The translations under genes and the position numbers were made by a program. The notes under the pieces were generated by a model that saw only the letters and a program-made list of their open reading frames with translations, ran no database searches and had not been told where the DNA came from. This document shows positions 19,158-29,003 of a stretch of DNA of 64,000 nucleotides, in pieces. Origin of the DNA: Candidatus Sumerlaeales bacterium (GTDB lineage: Bacteria > Sumerlaeota > Sumerlaeia > Sumerlaeales > Sumerlaeaceae); assembly GCA_038243585.1 (NCBI GenBank), contig JBBSQY010000013.1:1-64000 (forward strand), in the 5' to 3' direction. How positions within the stretch are numbered: position 1 is the first letter of the stretch; each line of letters starts with the position of its first letter.

Positions 19158-20150
19158 ATGAACCTGTCAAAACCGCAAAAATTTATGGCCGCAGGCCAGT
19201 TTAACGAAGCACTCGCCTTGCTCCCGCCGGTGAGCATTTCGACTGATCCTCGCGCTGATATTATTCGCGCGCGAATTGCAGCGGATACAGGACATACTGC
19301 AGAGGCTGTACATACGCTAACCGCCGTGCAAACCAGATATCCGGCTCATGCACCAAGTGGGCTTTTTCGTGGGATTTACCTTTTGGACCTTCATCGACCT
19401 GATCAAGCCATCAAATGCTTTGATGAAGTTCTGACACTTCAGAAGAATAATGACCTTGCAAAATCCTACCGCGCCCTCTGCCAGTGTGCTCTCGGAGATG
19501 GGCCTGCTGCGGCTGATGCCTGGAGAAAAGATGGTTTCTCCGACAACGCCATGTTTCGCGTACGAACGGCCGAATTTATAGAAAGCTCGTGGCTCCGAGA
19601 TAAATCATATGTCGGCGAGTTACCCCACCTACTTCTTCCTCCAATACCAGCCAATGAATCTCAAAGAAAAGCGCTAAGACATTTTTATCGAAGGAATTTT
19701 CGAGAAATGCTTAACTATGTGCCCCCTACGCCAACAGACAAAGAGCTGCAAGCTTTCCTGGCGGCCACTGCCCATGAAATGCTTCGTCAATACTCGGTGG
19801 CTTCCTCATATATAGAACCCTTTTTATCCCGCCGCGATGAGTGGCCAGACCCACTAACCGCACTAAACGCGCGGCTTATGGTAAGGCGAGGAGAAATTGC
19901 CGCTGCGGCCCGGGAACTGTCAGGGGTCATTCTGATGGGACCTGAGGATTTTGGAGTTAATTATTACCTTGGTATCATCTGCTTAGCCTACGATAAGGCT
20001 GCTGAAGCTAGACAGTATTTTCTACGCGCGTTCACAAATTATATGGTCGATACTTTGGAATTTCAATGGTGGCAAATCGAACAGACGTTGTTGCATCCTG
20101 AACTTCAACAGCGGTTTAACGCATCTACCGACGCATCTCTGGCCCCATGA
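19158..20150 (+). CDS. tetratricopeptide-repeat protein
   Basis: TPR-like helices (GIYLLDLHRPDQAIKCFDEVL; YYLGIICLAYDKAAEARQYF). Confidence 0.75.
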   Translation: MNLSKPQKFMAAGQFNEALALLPPVSISTDPRADIIRARIAADTGHTAEAVHTLTAVQTRYPAHAPSGLFRGIYLLDLHRPDQAIKCFDEVLTLQKNNDLAKSYRALCQCALGDGPAAADAWRKDGFSDNAMFRVRTAEFIESSWLRDKSYVGELPHLLLPPIPANESQRKALRHFYRRNFREMLNYVPPTPTDKELQAFLAATAHEMLRQYSVASSYIEPFLSRRDEWPDPLTALNARLMVRRGEIAAAARELSGVILMGPEDFGVNYYLGIICLAYDKAAEARQYFLRAFTNYMVDTLEFQWWQIEQTLLHPELQQRFNASTDASLAP

Positions 20151-21517
20151 ACTCAGTTCTCGTAATTACCACGGAACCGCTTCCGGTCCCTGGAGGCCTT
20201 ACCACCGGCGCGGGGCTGCGAGCTTGGGGCTTGGCGGAAGGATTGCGATCCTGTGGATTTCCTGTTACAATGGCCACTCCCCTAGAGGGCGAACAAGCTC
20301 TTACGCAGTCGGTTTCTCCTACAGATGATCGAGTGCGCTACTTCAGGCGACCTGAGCTTGCGGCTCTTATTGAGCGCGAAAAACCGGATATAATCGTCAT
20401 GCAGCATTGGGGTCTGGTGTACGCATTGCCGCAGTTAGATGTTCCGCTGGTTATTGATTTGGCGGGACCCCACCTTCTTGAGAGGCTCTACTGGGGAAAT
20501 CCCGATGCCAATCATGACCGGGAAGAAAAACTTGCCGCGCTTCGACGAGCGGATTTTATTGTTTGCGGAGGCACTTTCCAGCGGCATTACTTTTATCCCT
20601 ATCTTGCGATGGCTGGTCATGACGTGCGTCTCGAGGAGTTCCCCGTCATTCCGTTTTCAGTATCTCCTGTCCCCATAAATGGGTCGCCAGCGGCTAACAC
20701 GGAGGCGACATTCATCTACGGTGGGGCATTCCTCGCGTGGCAGAATCCGGAATTGCCGATTCGATGGCTGCTGGAAGAAATGGACACCGTCGGTCGAGGG
20801 CGTTTGCTGTTTTACGGCGGTAGCCATCCATCCTTGGATGCGTCCGGCGGAAAGTTCATTAAGCTTTACCAGGATATGCAACGCCATAGCCGCGTCGAGG
20901 TGCGCGGGTGGAGACCCTTTGCAGACTTAGTTAAGGATTATGCCACGGAAGGGCATGTGGCTCTTGACCTCATGCAGCGCAATCCGGAAAGGGAACTGGC
21001 CTACACCACTCGCACTATGGTATATATGCAGTGCGGCTTGCCTGTGATATATAACAATTATTCGGAACTGTCTAATTTCATCACCAACAATGCTTGTGGC
21101 TGGTGCATGGATCCCACTGATGAAAACGCTTTTCGATCGCTTGTTCGACAAATACTGGAAGACCCTTCCCAATTAACTCCTATGCGAGAGCGTGCTCGAG
21201 CTGCGGCCAAAGATCAGAGCTGGGACACAACTATTACACCACTTGCAGATTTTTGTATAAGCCCCACAAGACGAGCTCCATTCTCAGGCGCCTCAGCACC
21301 AGTCTCACAACCCGAAGAAACGTTCAGTGAGTCTGTCCAATTAAATTCGCTTTCACCCCAAATAACGGAAACAGTATTATCAGCGTTGCGTAGAAGCTTT
21401 TTCCCCAAGCCGGGTAGATGCCTAGGAGTCATTGCTCACTTCCCAATTTGGCTGGCGTCAAAGTATCTGCAACATTACTTCAAGGTTGATAGTTCGTCTC
21501 GCGCGCATAAATATTAA
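20147..21517 (+). CDS. GT-B (GT4-like) glycosyltransferase
   Basis: GAGLRAWGLAEGL, ADFIVC, TRTMVYMQCGLPVI and SWD motifs; ATGA-coupled to the TPR gene. Confidence 0.8.
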   Translation: MNSVLVITTEPLPVPGGLTTGAGLRAWGLAEGLRSCGFPVTMATPLEGEQALTQSVSPTDDRVRYFRRPELAALIEREKPDIIVMQHWGLVYALPQLDVPLVIDLAGPHLLERLYWGNPDANHDREEKLAALRRADFIVCGGTFQRHYFYPYLAMAGHDVRLEEFPVIPFSVSPVPINGSPAANTEATFIYGGAFLAWQNPELPIRWLLEEMDTVGRGRLLFYGGSHPSLDASGGKFIKLYQDMQRHSRVEVRGWRPFADLVKDYATEGHVALDLMQRNPERELAYTTRTMVYMQCGLPVIYNNYSELSNFITNNACGWCMDPTDENAFRSLVRQILEDPSQLTPMRERARAAAKDQSWDTTITPLADFCISPTRRAPFSGASAPVSQPEETFSESVQLNSLSPQITETVLSALRRSFFPKPGRCLGVIAHFPIWLASKYLQHYFKVDSSSRAHKY

Positions 21518-21527
21518 GGGTAAGCGC

Positions 21528-23702
21528 ATGTCCAGTTCCAATTTTTTTTTAAAACCCCCCGTCATTTTTTCAGGACTAATACTTATCGCTCTACTCGCTG
21601 TGTCGGTTGGGTTGAAAAAACAGTCGGATCGGCCAGTACGGCACAGCGAAACGGAACAGACAGAGTTTGACCGTATAGAATCCGGCGGGACCCGCATTTC
21701 CAGTGTAAAAGCGCCGTCTATTTCTACTCGTAGCGCGCAGGCAACCGGCAACCGCAGTCCTATCGCGTCCAACCAGTTGGCACGTAAAAGCGTGGTGGAA
21801 GACTTTGATACTGCTCTACGCCGTGCAAGCGGTAGTATGTATATTTCCGGTATTGTATCTGGGAGAGAACCCGAACAGACCGACGACGCCCAAAACAGGC
21901 AAACACGCAGAGATGGGACAGACACCTCCAGCAGCCGCAGCGACAGGGAAAATAGCTGGAGAGACCGATGGGGACGGTCGGACCCGCTGGAGGCCGCGGA
22001 GGTTCTATTGTTTGAGGACGATCCCAATACTACTCACCCTCCGCTTCGAACCGCCGTCACGGACAAAGAAGGCTCCTTTACTTTAGCGAATATTAACGGA
22101 GCAGACCAACGTTACATACTGGTAGTCAAAGCGGAACATTATGCCCCGGAAGCTTCGTTTATTTCAGTTAACAATGAACCCCGTGAAGTGTCAATGCGAC
22201 TTAATCCTGGCGTCCGCTTGCGCGGAAAAGTCGTGGATTTCGAGACAAGTCAGGGGGTGGCGGGGGCGATTGTTTATCAACCCAATCCGCGATCTGAGGC
22301 ATTCGCGGTACTCGGAGTTACCACAACTTCTCTCACCGGCGAATTTAGTTTTCCAAATACTCACCCAGGGATTTTGGCAACTCAGGCCAGTGCGGACGGA
22401 TATGCCACAACAAAAGTCCGCGTAGAGGCTCCAGACGATAAAATCATCATAGAAATGCAGTCCGGTGGAGCATCCATTTCCGGCGTTACCGTGGATCGCT
22501 TGACAGGCAAGCCAAGTGGTGGCGCAAGAGTTTGGGCAAAAGGAGAGCAGGATATTTCCGAATCTGTTGTGTCCGCAGAAGACGGAAGTTTTAAATTGGA
22601 CAACCTTCCAGCCGGAGCATTTGACGTCTATGCTGTTCGTGGCATGAAATCTGAAGAGCAAAAGATTAAACTTGAGCGCAGACAGGCTGTCAGCGGCGTA
22701 GAGATCATTTTACCCGCCGAACTCATGGTAAGCGGCCAAGTGGTTCATGCGACGGAGCGCAAGCCACTGCAAGGAATTAAAGTCTGGTACAAATCGGCAA
22801 AAGGCGCACAGTATAAAACAACTAATGTCGACGGACGTTTTGCGTTTGAAACTATGGCAATTGATGAATATGCTATTCTCATTCACGAAAAAGGGTTTCT
22901 ACCCATTCAGGATAAACGCACAACCGAGGCCGTTGAAACTCTTGAGCGGAAAGTCGCGAAAAATCAGTCTTCGGACGAATTGCTTATACGCTTACGACCT
23001 GTGCCTACTTTGGAAGGCAATGTGAAAGGCCAGACTCGGCGCGGCGAAGATGCCCCGGTTAATGGTGCCAATGTGGCGTTATCATATATAGAAAGCCGTG
23101 ACTTCGTTCAGCTCAAAACCAAGTCTGATCCGGCGGGAAATTTTTTCTTTAATCTTCCCAAAGGCAGACGAGGAGAAGGCATAGTGGTAGCAACAAACAG
23201 TTACCAGATAGACGCCAAAGACGTGCGCGTTCCTCGCAAGAACCCGGTTCAACTTACGATGCAGCGGAACAACTACGTTTTCGGCCAACTGCTGCTTTCT
23301 GACGAATCTTCGCTAGACGGCGTTTCAATCGACGTTTCAACCCAAATTCCAAGAGGACGCGCGGAATCGCAGAATTCTCACAGAGTCAAACTTGCAGAAG
23401 TTAACAGCATGCGCGGAGGCCGGGTTATCATGGGGCTTCCGAAAGGTCAGGATGTTCAGCTGACTTTTACCATGCCTGACGGGATGGTTGTCTCGAAAGA
23501 TTTTCAGTCGGATCGGCTTCTCAATAGCCGCCCAATATTTGTATACGACCCTGTTTCGCAGGATATTATAGCTGACACCACGCCACGAGATCGCAACAGA
23601 GAAAATGGTCAGGGTCGCAACCGGGGGAATGGCGGCGAGGCTGCAGCTAATCGCCCAGCACAACCTGGTGGCAACGCCGCGCCTGCATCACCAGCGCAAT
23701 AG
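21528..23702 (+). CDS. membrane-anchored protein with carboxypeptidase-regulatory-like beta-sandwich repeats
   Basis: N-terminal TM; repeated G.V.D/TD..G.F.L..L..G units. Confidence 0.8.
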   Translation: MSSSNFFLKPPVIFSGLILIALLAVSVGLKKQSDRPVRHSETEQTEFDRIESGGTRISSVKAPSISTRSAQATGNRSPIASNQLARKSVVEDFDTALRRASGSMYISGIVSGREPEQTDDAQNRQTRRDGTDTSSSRSDRENSWRDRWGRSDPLEAAEVLLFEDDPNTTHPPLRTAVTDKEGSFTLANINGADQRYILVVKAEHYAPEASFISVNNEPREVSMRLNPGVRLRGKVVDFETSQGVAGAIVYQPNPRSEAFAVLGVTTTSLTGEFSFPNTHPGILATQASADGYATTKVRVEAPDDKIIIEMQSGGASISGVTVDRLTGKPSGGARVWAKGEQDISESVVSAEDGSFKLDNLPAGAFDVYAVRGMKSEEQKIKLERRQAVSGVEIILPAELMVSGQVVHATERKPLQGIKVWYKSAKGAQYKTTNVDGRFAFETMAIDEYAILIHEKGFLPIQDKRTTEAVETLERKVAKNQSSDELLIRLRPVPTLEGNVKGQTRRGEDAPVNGANVALSYIESRDFVQLKTKSDPAGNFFFNLPKGRRGEGIVVATNSYQIDAKDVRVPRKNPVQLTMQRNNYVFGQLLLSDESSLDGVSIDVSTQIPRGRAESQNSHRVKLAEVNSMRGGRVIMGLPKGQDVQLTFTMPDGMVVSKDFQSDRLLNSRPIFVYDPVSQDIIADTTPRDRNRENGQGRNRGNGGEAAANRPAQPGGNAAPASPAQ

Positions 23703-23758
23703 CTTTTCCTCATGAGCGTCACTTAAAATTTTCGTCTGTTGACGTTGCATAGAGTCGC

Positions 23759-24751
23759 GTGCAAATACTTTCAACTTTTGACGAACTGCCTTTTCACTTA
23801 CAGGGGCGAAGATCCTGCCTTACAATTGGCGTTTTTGACGGGGTGCATCTCGGACACCAGGCGCTGATCCGAGAAACCGTTAAATTGGCGCAAGAACAAG
23901 ATATTGTTTCCATAGCGGTGAGTTTTCGAAACCATCCTCTGTCAGTTCTGGCTCCACCGTATAACCCACTGCGACTTATTACCCCAGCCCGAAAAGCCGA
24001 CCTGCTTGAGCAAATGGGAATTCAATTCCTAATCCTTGCGAACTTCACCAAAGAATTTGCTGCCATGCCTCCTCAGCGCTTTATGTCTGAATGCCTGGTT
24101 GAAAAGGCCAACGTTCAACACTTGGTTTGTGGATATGACTTCACTTTTGGCTGTCAAGGTTCCGGCAAGATCGAGATGCTGGAAAATTTTGGTACCGAGA
24201 CCGGTTTCAATGTGCAAAGCATAAGCGCTGTGTCCCATGAAAACCATGCGGTCAAAAGCACGCATATTCGAGATCTCCTTTCAAACGGTCGAGTATCAGA
24301 AGCGGCGACTTTACTGACTCGCCCGCATGAGTTGCCGGGCACGGTTGGCTCAGGGATGCAACGAGGCCGCACTATCGGCTTTCCTACGGCAAATCTGAAC
24401 GCACTGCCGCATTTTCAAGTTCCTGGTAAGGGCGTTTATCTGTGTGGCGCACGGGTGGCAATGCGCGAGGAAATTTTAGCGGCGATGGTAAATGTCGGCA
24501 CAAGTCCCACTTTTGGAAATAATGCCGCTTCAGTCGAGGCGCATCTTTTAAACTTCACAGAAGACATTTACGAGCAGTCGCTTAGCGTTTTTTTTCTAAA
24601 GCACCTTAGGGAAGAACAAAAGTTTGCTGGCGTAGATGCCCTTGTCGGCCAGCTACAGAGGGATAAAGAGCAGTCGGAAAACCTATGGGAATCTGTATTG
24701 ATCTGTGAATTAATTGCGAAAATACCGGCGCCTGTGGCACATAATATTTAA
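23759..24751 (+). CDS. ribF: bifunctional riboflavin kinase/FAD synthetase
   Basis: IGVFDGVHLGHQ, GYDFTFG, GRTIGFPTAN and VEAHLL motifs. Confidence 0.97.
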   Translation: MQILSTFDELPFHLQGRRSCLTIGVFDGVHLGHQALIRETVKLAQEQDIVSIAVSFRNHPLSVLAPPYNPLRLITPARKADLLEQMGIQFLILANFTKEFAAMPPQRFMSECLVEKANVQHLVCGYDFTFGCQGSGKIEMLENFGTETGFNVQSISAVSHENHAVKSTHIRDLLSNGRVSEAATLLTRPHELPGTVGSGMQRGRTIGFPTANLNALPHFQVPGKGVYLCGARVAMREEILAAMVNVGTSPTFGNNAASVEAHLLNFTEDIYEQSLSVFFLKHLREEQKFAGVDALVGQLQRDKEQSENLWESVLICELIAKIPAPVAHNI

Positions 24752-24817
24752 GTTCCGGCGTTTTAAACAGGGCGCACATGCGAAGTCTCGTCTCGTACTG
24801 GTTATGCTTCAATAGAA

Positions 24818-25870
24818 TTAATTCGACCGACTTGGTTTTTTTACTTTCGGTTTAGATTTCGAGGGCATCTTAGGGGCGGGCTTTTTCTTTGAATCGGTTA
24901 TACTGATCTTTCCAGCTTGTTTGTCTTCGATCTTCTCGATCGTGCCGCCATTATCACTAATCAGTTCCTTTAGACCTGGTCCAGTGTAGGGAGAATCAGA
25001 GACTCCTTCAAAACGCCCGGTTACAAGTTCAGTAACCGTTGTAGTATCATCCTCCCAGGAAGCCAATACTTGAAACTGCCCCTGATCGTCTGTCCATTTG
25101 ATATCCAGCGTTGGGGGATCTATACCCTTTATAATCTTTTGGACAGAACCCGGCAACGCCTGGCGTCTTGTAAGGGCCAGCATTTCTCTGGTTGTGGTGG
25201 TGCCCTGTGGGAAATACACAATTTCAGCTACATCATCAACAGACGCAATGACCAAGCATCCCGTCTTGGGACTTATCGACATATCCGTCAGAAACTTCAT
25301 TTCGACAAACTGCTCCCGCTTCCGCCATTCAACAAAAGTATCGACGGCATCGGAGAGCAAGAAAGGGAAATCTGGTGACAGATAAGAAAGTCCTTCATCC
25401 GGCAGGTTTCGCAGCAAAATTGGAAACAGGGTCGAATGGCCAATTGACAGCGTCTGAATGGTGTCACTGCTAACAGAATCATTTGTGGTAAACGAGATAA
25501 GCCAGTCGCTTTTTTCATCGTCCGGCGCAAAAATCTCGATCAAATATGCTTTTTCCCGCAGTACGTCCATGTAAAAAAATGCTGCACCGTTTTCTGCCAC
25601 AAAGGATTCGCAGGCCACCCATTCATTTGTAATCCAAGTCAAATTGGCTGGTGACGGCTTTATCTGGGGTAATTCGACTACGCTGGTTTTTCCAGGGGAA
25701 TCAACCAGCATCCGAATGCGACCTATAAAACCTGCTGTATCCCATTCTACATTTGCGCTGTAGCTAGAATCCGGCGATTCCAGAGGAACTTTAAGGAGTT
25801 GTTGTGGCGCGGCACATAAAGAAGTAACAGCGGCAACAAATGCGGCTAGGAAAAAAGTTCTCATCATCAT
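24818..25870 (-). CDS. hypothetical secreted protein with a Lys/Pro-rich C-terminal tail
   Basis: Long ORF with a signal peptide; no recognised domain. Confidence 0.75.
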   Translation of the reverse strand: MMMRTFFLAAFVAAVTSLCAAPQQLLKVPLESPDSSYSANVEWDTAGFIGRIRMLVDSPGKTSVVELPQIKPSPANLTWITNEWVACESFVAENGAAFFYMDVLREKAYLIEIFAPDDEKSDWLISFTTNDSVSSDTIQTLSIGHSTLFPILLRNLPDEGLSYLSPDFPFLLSDAVDTFVEWRKREQFVEMKFLTDMSISPKTGCLVIASVDDVAEIVYFPQGTTTTREMLALTRRQALPGSVQKIIKGIDPPTLDIKWTDDQGQFQVLASWEDDTTTVTELVTGRFEGVSDSPYTGPGLKELISDNGGTIEKIEDKQAGKISITDSKKKPAPKMPSKSKPKVKKPSRSN

Positions 25871-25921
25871 TATAACAAGTGCCTCAAGACAAGTATAGAC
25901 GCCTGAGACGTCAATACGTTC

Positions 25922-25956
25922 AAAAAAAACCGCTGAAACCCTTCGGTTTCAGCGGT
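25922..25956 (-). terminator. intrinsic terminator of the 26975-25971 gene
   Basis: 12-bp stem ACCGCTGAAACC/GGTTTCAGCGGT with a T8 tract on the minus strand. Confidence 0.88.
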
Positions 25957-25970
25957 ACAATATCAACTAG

Positions 25971-26975
25971 CTATTCAGGTTGCGGCAGCTCAACTACGAC
26001 CTCTTGCACAACCGGATCACCAGCAAACAAGAACTGATCATTACTAACTGTAGGAGTAGTAACTTCATCCCCAGCGCCAGGTCTTGGCATGCTTCCCAAG
26101 GCGAACACCTGATATGATTGTGGCATCAGGTCATGAAATGAGTACTGTGCCCGCGTGCTGACGCTCGGGGTGTGAGGTTCCATAATATCGCCATTTTTAC
26201 CTCGCAACCTGAGCGTGGCTGGAAATCCAATCAACTCCCCATTTTCATCCACGGCCTTTACAGTAACTGCAGAATTGCTTTGTAGCGAAATTTCTCCAAA
26301 ATTGGAGATTGGGGGGCGAATATAGCGATTCTCAACCACAAACATTTCACCGAGTTTCCCGTTTTGAATAGGTAGTCCTTTGGCTGCGTTTTCTTTAATA
26401 GCCGCAATCCGGCCCTGAACCTGTTCTCTTGTCGCCCGCTTCATGACAGCCATGCTTTCCGCTCCAGGTTCACTTGGAACCTCGGTTGCAGAAGGATCAT
26501 ACACCATCGCAAAATTTCCCGGCTTCATTTTCAGCGTAAAGCTTCCCTCTGTATCAACAGCTGCCGCAACTTCCGACATTGCCGTGATTTTCGCCGTAGA
26601 GTCTGCATGAGGAATTTCGTTTAAACGATTTTGAAATAAGAAATATACGACTCCTCCAGACGCAGGAGTAGAGTCAGGGCGCAGAAGTTGCCCACTAACT
26701 ACTGTTATTTCTGGTGCTTCGTTTTCAGAAGCATCGGTAGTCGCGCTGGTCGATGTGGTATCATTCCCGTCTACGGCGGATCCTGGTGCACGTGCAGCGG
26801 GATCGGCAGGGGAAGTTATAACTGGGCCCTGCGCGAGTTCACGCGTGATCTTTATTAACCCAACGGAAGAGTTTTCCGTTGGCTCTGTCCTACCGTTAAC
26901 ATCCAGCGCCACTACTCCGGCGGTCACGCCAGCTACAGCAATGGCTGCAATCCTGAGGCCGATTATTCTTTTCAT
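25971..26975 (-). CDS. hypothetical exported protein with carboxypeptidase-regulatory-like beta-sandwich segments
   Basis: N-terminal hydrophobic segment; VSGQLLRPD, VDTEGSFTL and YSFHDLMPQSY; GGAG RBS. Confidence 0.7.
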   Translation of the reverse strand: MKRIIGLRIAAIAVAGVTAGVVALDVNGRTEPTENSSVGLIKITRELAQGPVITSPADPAARAPGSAVDGNDTTSTSATTDASENEAPEITVVSGQLLRPDSTPASGGVVYFLFQNRLNEIPHADSTAKITAMSEVAAAVDTEGSFTLKMKPGNFAMVYDPSATEVPSEPGAESMAVMKRATREQVQGRIAAIKENAAKGLPIQNGKLGEMFVVENRYIRPPISNFGEISLQSNSAVTVKAVDENGELIGFPATLRLRGKNGDIMEPHTPSVSTRAQYSFHDLMPQSYQVFALGSMPRPGAGDEVTTPTVSNDQFLFAGDPVVQEVVVELPQPE

Positions 26976-27046
26976 ATACTAAGGCTCCGTTTATTATGGG
27001 TTTAAGGGCGAGTTTCGGACACTGGTTAGACTTTTCATAAGGTTAA

Positions 27047-27062
27047 TGCAAGATTCCCGCCA
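27047..27062 (-). promoter_or_regulatory. putative sigma54 promoter
   Basis: Minus strand TGGCGGG-AATC-TTGCA has exact GG-N10-GC spacing, about 70 nt upstream of the 26975 ATG. Confidence 0.55.
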
Positions 27063-27181
27063 AACTCATACTTGGAAACCTTGTACCACGTACAACCTTA
27101 CTGATAGACAGATTAAATCATTGTGTCGCGCACATATATTAGATTATTTGTTCGTAAATTTAACGCACAAAAATCAGGGCT

Positions 27182-27559
27182 TTATTCGGCACCTTGAAGG
27201 ATTTCGACACCAATATCTTTAAATGCCTTATAGCCACCGTCAACGGAAACTACATTCTTATAACCCATCTTCTGAAGATTGTCCGCGGCCATGGCAGAGC
27301 GAAATCCGCCGCCACAGTATAGGTGCAGTTCAATTTCCTTATCAGGGAAAATGCGCTCAACGTCTCGTTCAATTATGCCTTTACCTAGATGCACCGCACC
27401 TGTGATGTGCCCGTCACGCCATTCATCATCTTCTCTAACGTCGACTAACCGCGCACCTTTGTTCTTTTCAAGCCTGCTAAGCGCTTCTGAGGGAGACTCC
27501 TCTTTAATTCGGGACTTAGCATCATCAACCAGAGCAAGAAAACCTTCGCTATGCGTCAT
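27182..27559 (-). CDS. rhodanese-like sulfurtransferase
   Basis: LVDVREDDEW, YCGGGFRSA and SVDGG motifs. Confidence 0.93.
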   Translation of the reverse strand: MTHSEGFLALVDDAKSRIKEESPSEALSRLEKNKGARLVDVREDDEWRDGHITGAVHLGKGIIERDVERIFPDKEIELHLYCGGGFRSAMAADNLQKMGYKNVVSVDGGYKAFKDIGVEILQGAE

Positions 27560-27572
27560 ACATTAGAGCCTT

Positions 27573-28280
27573 TCATTTCAAATTCAAGAATCTATAGTCG
27601 CCTTCGGGAAATTCCATTGTTACGCACATCTCGGCTATTCGAGATGCGATCCGCGGGGATAACTGCTGTTTAAGCTCCGGCAGACTCCGGTTAGTTGTTA
27701 TGATCGTAGCGGAATCATCTTCATAACGGCGATTGATCAAAACATACAGACGATCAAGCACATATTCGCTCGTTCTTTCGGCACCAAGATCATCCAACAC
27801 GAGAAGATCGGCCCGTCTTGCCATGTCGAAAAGATCGGCCTCATTTTCACTAGAGCCACTGTCCATGCGGCGGCGCAGTTCAAGGAACAATTCCGGCACG
27901 TTCCAATACAGGCCCTTATAACCTTTGATAATCACCTCTTTTAAAATCGCTACCGCAAGATGGGTCTTTCCAGTGCCTTCCCGCCCGGTCATCAACATAC
28001 CTTTACCCGGCTGGTCATGGTTATTACCGCGAAACGTTTTCAGAAAGCCCTTCGCGCCATGCAGAATTTCCTTCTGCTTCTGATTTTTAGCCACGAATCC
28101 GGTCAGATTTTTATTTACGAACTTGCGGGGGATATTAGCGAAAGCATATCGAGTATCGGCCTGACGGGTAAGCCTGCACTGGCATGGAGCAGCCCCAGTA
28201 TCCAATATTACATATCCGGCACCGGCGCATTTAGAGCAGACGGCAGCGTTATCCTGCCTTGCCGACAACTTCCGATTCAT
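27573..28280 (-). CDS. DnaC/DnaI/IstB-like AAA+ ATPase (putative helicase loader)
   Basis: CSKC..G.GY...PCQC Zn motif, Walker A GREGTGKT, Walker B LLVLDDLG, ITTN and RIASRI. Confidence 0.9.
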   Translation of the reverse strand: MNRKLSARQDNAAVCSKCAGAGYVILDTGAAPCQCRLTRQADTRYAFANIPRKFVNKNLTGFVAKNQKQKEILHGAKGFLKTFRGNNHDQPGKGMLMTGREGTGKTHLAVAILKEVIIKGYKGLYWNVPELFLELRRRMDSGSSENEADLFDMARRADLLVLDDLGAERTSEYVLDRLYVLINRRYEDDSATIITTNRSLPELKQQLSPRIASRIAEMCVTMEFPEGDYRFLNLK

Positions 28281-28292
28281 TATGCGTCAACC

Positions 28293-29003
28293 TTAAAACT
28301 TAATAGCATTGTCATCCTCATTACCAGGAAATAACGATATTTCTGCTTCGGCACCCGCATCTCCAGACTTCTTACGTCGGCGAACCAGCTCCTGCATTAT
28401 CCAGTGAAGAGACCTTATCTCATTCTTACGCGCTTGTCGAAATACGCTCCGAACCTCCTGCATCTCGAAGCGTTGAGGCAGCATACGCAACTCGTCTAGA
28501 ATGAACACATTCATTTTTAGGCTAATCGCATCGAAGTATAAATCCACCGTTTCTTTTAACGCCGGATCATTGGTGGGTAAATCGTCTTTCTGGTTGTGCA
28601 GACAGTCATCATAATATCGGAGAAAATCCCCGGCGTGTTCAAACAGGTGAGGATCCTCCTTGCGGATCAGCTCTGGCGGCCGAGGGGTTTGGAGCGGGGT
28701 TACAAGTCGAAATAGCGCAGCTTCATCATCGTTGTCGGGTAGAAAACACGCCATCAAATTCATTTTTCGAAGCGCGGCCGCAGCTCGTCGAGCTTGGTTC
28801 GGAGCCACGCCGCACCGCTTTTGGAGTTCACTAAGCGAGATTTCAACGGTTCCCGGCGCTGAGTTTCGGTCGCAATCCAATTCTACAATTTTCTTGAAAA
28901 AAATCCAGCCAGCGCCGCCTTTTATTTTCGCATTTAAGTGCTCTGGCAGTCCACTATATTCAAGCCACATGGGTGACCATGCCCGGAGATCCCGAGTTGT
29001 CAC
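28293..29003 (-). CDS. wHTH plus DnaD(DDBH2)-like replication protein
   Basis: N-terminal ISLSELQKRCGV...RRAAAALRKMNLM HTH; C-terminal EVRSVFRQARKNEIRSLHWIMQEL resembles the DnaD YxxxIxxxW helix; sits directly upstream of the DnaC-like gene. Confidence 0.6.
   Translation of the reverse strand: MTTRDLRAWSPMWLEYSGLPEHLNAKIKGGAGWIFFKKIVELDCDRNSAPGTVEISLSELQKRCGVAPNQARRAAAALRKMNLMACFLPDNDDEAALFRLVTPLQTPRPPELIRKEDPHLFEHAGDFLRYYDDCLHNQKDDLPTNDPALKETVDLYFDAISLKMNVFILDELRMLPQRFEMQEVRSVFRQARKNEIRSLHWIMQELVRRRKKSGDAGAEAEISLFPGNEDDNAIKF

Noticed and set aside
27573..28280. IS21 element or prophage implied by the IstB-like ATPase
   Set aside because: No IstA transposase, terminal inverted repeats, integrase or phage structural genes were seen, and the flanks are housekeeping genes.
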